From sequence record MG966531: DNA of 39,752 bases; one strand, written 5' to 3'. Position numbers and translations under genes: made by a program. Under the pieces are notes generated by a model. The model saw only the letters and a program-made list of their open reading frames with translations, did no database searches and was not told the origin of the DNA. Of the stretch, positions 36,753 through 39,752 are shown one piece after another. The first letter of the stretch is position 1; each line of letters opens with the position of its first letter. Source of the stretch: Escherichia phage Ebrios.

Positions 36753-37190
36753 ATGGGACTTCTCAAGAAGCTGATTCCGTGGGTCTTCGCTGGGATGCTG
36801 TTCGGAACTGGATGGCATCTGGGCGCTGACTCTATGGATACTAAATGGAAACAGGAGGTACATCGTGAGTACGTTAAGAAAACCGAGGCAAGAGCTGCCA
36901 CTCAAGCAGAAGTCGATAAGATTAGCCAAGGATACCAGCAAAAGCTGTCCACTCTGGAGGGCGACACTGATAGGCTTGTTACTGGCCTGCGTAGCGACAA
37001 TAAGCGGCTGCGTGTCCGCATCAAGCAACTTAGTGAAACCCCAAATGGTGACAGTGGATGCTTCCCTGATGGTCGAGCCGAACTTGACGAACGAGATGCT
37101 AAGCGTATTCTCGCAGTGACCCAAAAGGCAGACGCATGGATTCGCGCTCTGCAAGAGACTATCAGGAAACTTCAAGAACAAAATCAATAG
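36753..37190 (+). CDS. 18.5: Gene 18.5 i-spanin (Rz-like)
   Basis: 145 aa from ATG 36753 with RBS GAAGGAGG; N-terminal TM segment LIPWVFAGMLFGTGW, then coiled-coil-like region. Confidence 0.85.
   Translation: MGLLKKLIPWVFAGMLFGTGWHLGADSMDTKWKQEVHREYVKKTEARAATQAEVDKISQGYQQKLSTLEGDTDRLVTGLRSDNKRLRVRIKQLSETPNGDSGCFPDGRAELDERDAKRILAVTQKADAWIRALQETIRKLQEQNQ
36865..37119 (+). CDS. 18.7: Gene 18.7 o-spanin (Rz1-like), embedded in the +1 frame of 18.5
   Basis: GTG start with RBS AGGAGG; lipobox-like LLACVATISGC and C-terminus PQMVTVDASLMVEPNLTNEMLSVFSQ resemble T7 gp18.7. Confidence 0.85.
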   Translation: MSTLRKPRQELPLKQKSIRLAKDTSKSCPLWRATLIGLLLACVATISGCVSASSNLVKPQMVTVDASLMVEPNLTNEMLSVFSQ

Positions 37191-37291
37191 GAGGTACTCT
37201 ACGGTTCTATTTCGTGAGAACATCGTGCGGACTTACTGGAACGCCTGATGATACGGAGTAATCCGTTAGAGATAACATTTGGAGGAACGCT

Positions 37292-39052
37292 ATGTCTGTG
37301 CAGTCTAACCGTAATGCGCTCGTAGTGGCGCAACTGAAAGGCGACTTCGTGGCGTTCCTGTTCGTCCTTTGGAGGGCTCTGAATCTACCGGAGCCCACAA
37401 AGTGTCAAATTGACATGGCCCGAACGCTGGCGAATGGGGACAACAAGAAGTTCATCCTACAGGCTTTCCGAGGTATCGGTAAGTCGTTCATTACGTGTGC
37501 CTTCGTTGTGTGGTCGCTGTGGCGTGACCCTCAATTGAAGATTCTCATTGTGTCTGCCTCTAAGGAACGTGCAGACGCTAACTCAATCTTTATCAAGAAC
37601 ATCATCGACCTGTTGCCCTTCTTGGCTGAGCTGAAGCCTAGAGCTGGTCAGCGGGACTCCGTAATCAGCTTTGACGTTGGCCCTGCGAAGCCTGACCACT
37701 CTCCGAGTGTGAAGTCCGTGGGTATCACTGGTCAGTTGACTGGTAGTCGTGCCGACATCATCATTGCGGATGACGTTGAGATTCCGTCTAACAGTGCGAC
37801 TATGGGTGCCCGAGAGAAGCTGTGGACTCTGGTTCAGGAGTTCGCTGCGTTGCTTAAGCCCCTGTCGACTTCCCGAGTGATTTACCTTGGGACACCTCAG
37901 ACAGAAATGACCCTCTACAAGGAACTGGAAGATAACCGTGGCTACACCACCATCATCTGGCCTGCCCTGTACCCGAGGAGCCGTGAAGAAGACCTGTACT
38001 ACTCACAGCGTCTCGCACCGATGCTCCGAGCGGAGTACGACGAGAACCCTGAGGCCCTGTCTGGTACACCTACCGACCCTGTGCGCTTCGATAGGGAAGA
38101 CCTGAGGGAACGTGAGCTGGAATACGGCAAGGCTGGCTTTACGTTGCAGTTCATGCTCAACCCTAACCTGAGTGATGCTGAGAAGTACCCTCTGAGGCTC
38201 CGTGACGCTATCGTAGCGGCTCTGGACTTGGAGAAGGCACCGATGCACTACCAGTGGCTCCCGAACCGTCAGAACCTCATTGAGGAGCTGCCAAACGTGG
38301 GCCTTAAGGGTGATGACCTTCATACGTATCACGCTTGCTCCAACAACACCAGTAAGTACCAACAGAAGATTCTGGTCATTGACCCGAGTGGTCGTGGTAA
38401 GGACGAAACTGGCTGGGCAGTACTCTATACGCTCAACGGCTACATCTACCTTATGGAGGCCGGAGGTTGCCGTGATGGTTACTCTGATAAGACGCTCGAA
38501 TTGCTCGCTAAGAAGGCCAAGCAGTGGCAAGTCCAGACTGTGGTCTTCGAGAGTAACTTCGGTGACGGTATGTTCGGTAAGGTGTTCTCTCCGATTCTCC
38601 TTAAGCACCACAACGCTGTCCTTGAGGAAATCCGTGCGAGAGGCATGAAGGAGGTTCGCATCTGTGATACTCTGGAACCTGTCATGCAGACTCACCGCTT
38701 GGTTATCCGCGATGAAGTCATTAGGGCCGACTATCAGACCGCTAGGGACGCTGATGGCAAGCATGACGTGAAATACTCACTGTTCTACCAGATGACCCGT
38801 ATCACCAGAGAGAAGGGAGCACTGGCTCACGATGACCGCTTGGATGCTCTGGCGCTTGGCGTAGAGTTCCTTAGGGAGTCCATGCAGCTCGACTCAGTGA
38901 AAGTGGAGGATGAACAGCTCGCAGACTTCCTTGAAGACCATATGAACCGTCCTGCGGTCTCTGGTCACAATATCATGGAGCTGGCTGTGGGTGGCCTTCA
39001 CATCTACTCTGAGGATGACGATGGGTTCTCCGGTGGGTTCATTGAGTGGTGA
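37292..39052 (+). CDS. 19: Gene 19 terminase large subunit (DNA maturation protein B)
   Basis: 586 aa, same as T7 gp19; Walker A-like motif near the N-terminus ([10 protein letters not shown]); RBS TGGAGGAA. Confidence 0.96.
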   Translation: MSVQSNRNALVVAQLKGDFVAFLFVLWRALNLPEPTKCQIDMARTLANGDNKKFILQAFRGIGKSFITCAFVVWSLWRDPQLKILIVSASKERADANSIFIKNIIDLLPFLAELKPRAGQRDSVISFDVGPAKPDHSPSVKSVGITGQLTGSRADIIIADDVEIPSNSATMGAREKLWTLVQEFAALLKPLSTSRVIYLGTPQTEMTLYKELEDNRGYTTIIWPALYPRSREEDLYYSQRLAPMLRAEYDENPEALSGTPTDPVRFDREDLRERELEYGKAGFTLQFMLNPNLSDAEKYPLRLRDAIVAALDLEKAPMHYQWLPNRQNLIEELPNVGLKGDDLHTYHACSNNTSKYQQKILVIDPSGRGKDETGWAVLYTLNGYIYLMEAGGCRDGYSDKTLELLAKKAKQWQVQTVVFESNFGDGMFGKVFSPILLKHHNAVLEEIRARGMKEVRICDTLEPVMQTHRLVIRDEVIRADYQTARDADGKHDVKYSLFYQMTRITREKGALAHDDRLDALALGVEFLRESMQLDSVKVEDEQLADFLEDHMNRPAVSGHNIMELAVGGLHIYSEDDDGFSGGFIEW

Positions 39053-39133
39053 TTTAGTCACGTAATGTGCATAAGGAAGCACTTTAGGCCACGGAAGGCC
39101 AATATGATAAGTTGCTGATTTCCAAGGACAAAT

Positions 39134-39156
39134 TAATACGACTCACTATAGGGAGA
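39134..39156 (+). promoter_or_regulatory. Phage promoter phiOR (class III)
   Basis: TAATACGACTCACTATAGGGAGAGG. Confidence 0.9.
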
Positions 39157-39310
39157 GGAGGGACTAAAGGTTATATATAGTGTACTGAATGAATAGACTT
39201 TGAGTGCATAAAGACCGAATAAAGTCCTACCTAAAGTTTCCATTAAGTGGTGGTGGTTATTATCAACAATACACCACCTAACTCTAAGAACACTCTAAGG
39301 AGGAGACCTC

Positions 39311-39463
39311 ATGTTCCGCTTTGTGCTGACCCTGCTGAAACATAGGGTCACTTACCGATTTCTCGTTGTACTTGTTGCTGCCCTTGGGTGTGCATCAACT
39401 ATTGGGGACACCATCGGTACATTGGAGTCTTACGTCTGTGCTGTACTCTCTTGTAGCGATTAG
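39311..39463 (+). CDS. 19.5: Gene 19.5 small hydrophobic protein
   Basis: MFRFVLTLLKHRVTYRFLVVLVAALGCAST... (50 aa) resembles T7 gp19.5; RBS TAAGGAGGAG. Below the ORF-track cutoff. Confidence 0.8.
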   Translation: MFRFVLTLLKHRVTYRFLVVLVAALGCASTIGDTIGTLESYVCAVLSCSD

Positions 39464-39479
39464 GGTTCTAGTGACCGAA

Positions 39480-39740
39480 TGAATCAGCATTGCTTTCCGC
39501 TTAGCTGTGGCCTACTGGGTCTACCTAAGGCTCAACGCTGAGGGATTCAGCGGTATGATTACATCACACCACTTCATCCCTATAGAGTCAAGTCCTAAGG
39601 TATACCCTATAGGCCACACCTAAGGACTATCAATGGGTCTACCCAAAAGTCCACCTAAGGGTGGGCTGTACTGTGTGTGGTCTTAAAGAGGGAACCTAAG
39701 GAGGTGCCCTAAGGAGACCCTTTAAAATATACCACAAAAA
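39480..39740 (+). repeat. Right-end region with short CCTAAGG-type repeats, just before the expected right terminal repeat
   Basis: Recurrent cctaagg / acctaagg motifs; the window ends ...AAAATCTGAGCGACTA, as T7 does immediately before its right terminal repeat. Confidence 0.5.
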
Positions 39741-39752
39741 TCTGAGCGACTA

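Noticed and set aside
39700-39752. Whether the window contains the right terminal repeat
   Set aside because: The window ends ...AAAATCTGAGCGACTA, and TCTCACAGTG (the left-end start) does not recur at the right end, so the right repeat copy lies just outside the window.

Overview
This window is a near-complete genome of a T7-like lytic podophage (Autographiviridae, T7 group), running from the genome left end (TCTCACAGTG...) to the base just before where the right terminal repeat would begin. All genes are on the + strand in canonical T7 order: early genes 0.3-1.3, DNA metabolism genes 1.6-6, and structural and packaging genes 6.5-19.5. It carries about 19 phage-RNAP promoter sites of T7 specificity (TAATACGACTCACTATAGGGAGA and variants), three host sigma70 early promoters, RNase III hairpins, and the TE and Tphi terminators. 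All calls rest on reading the sequence and on remembered T7/T3 protein sequences; no database search was run. Relative to T7 as I remember it, the genome is mosaic. The most notable points are: a T3-type SAM-degrading gene 0.3; a strongly acidic 174-aa early ORF that may be a DNA mimic; an HNH-AP2 homing endonuclease gene inserted at the ligase 3' end and flanked by a duplicated promoter; a second HNH-AP2 gene at 3.8; a shortened gene 1.7; a chimeric tail fibre whose distal half is a T4 gp12-like collar/HxH domain; and several small unassigned ORFs. No tRNA, rRNA, CRISPR array or integrase was seen.
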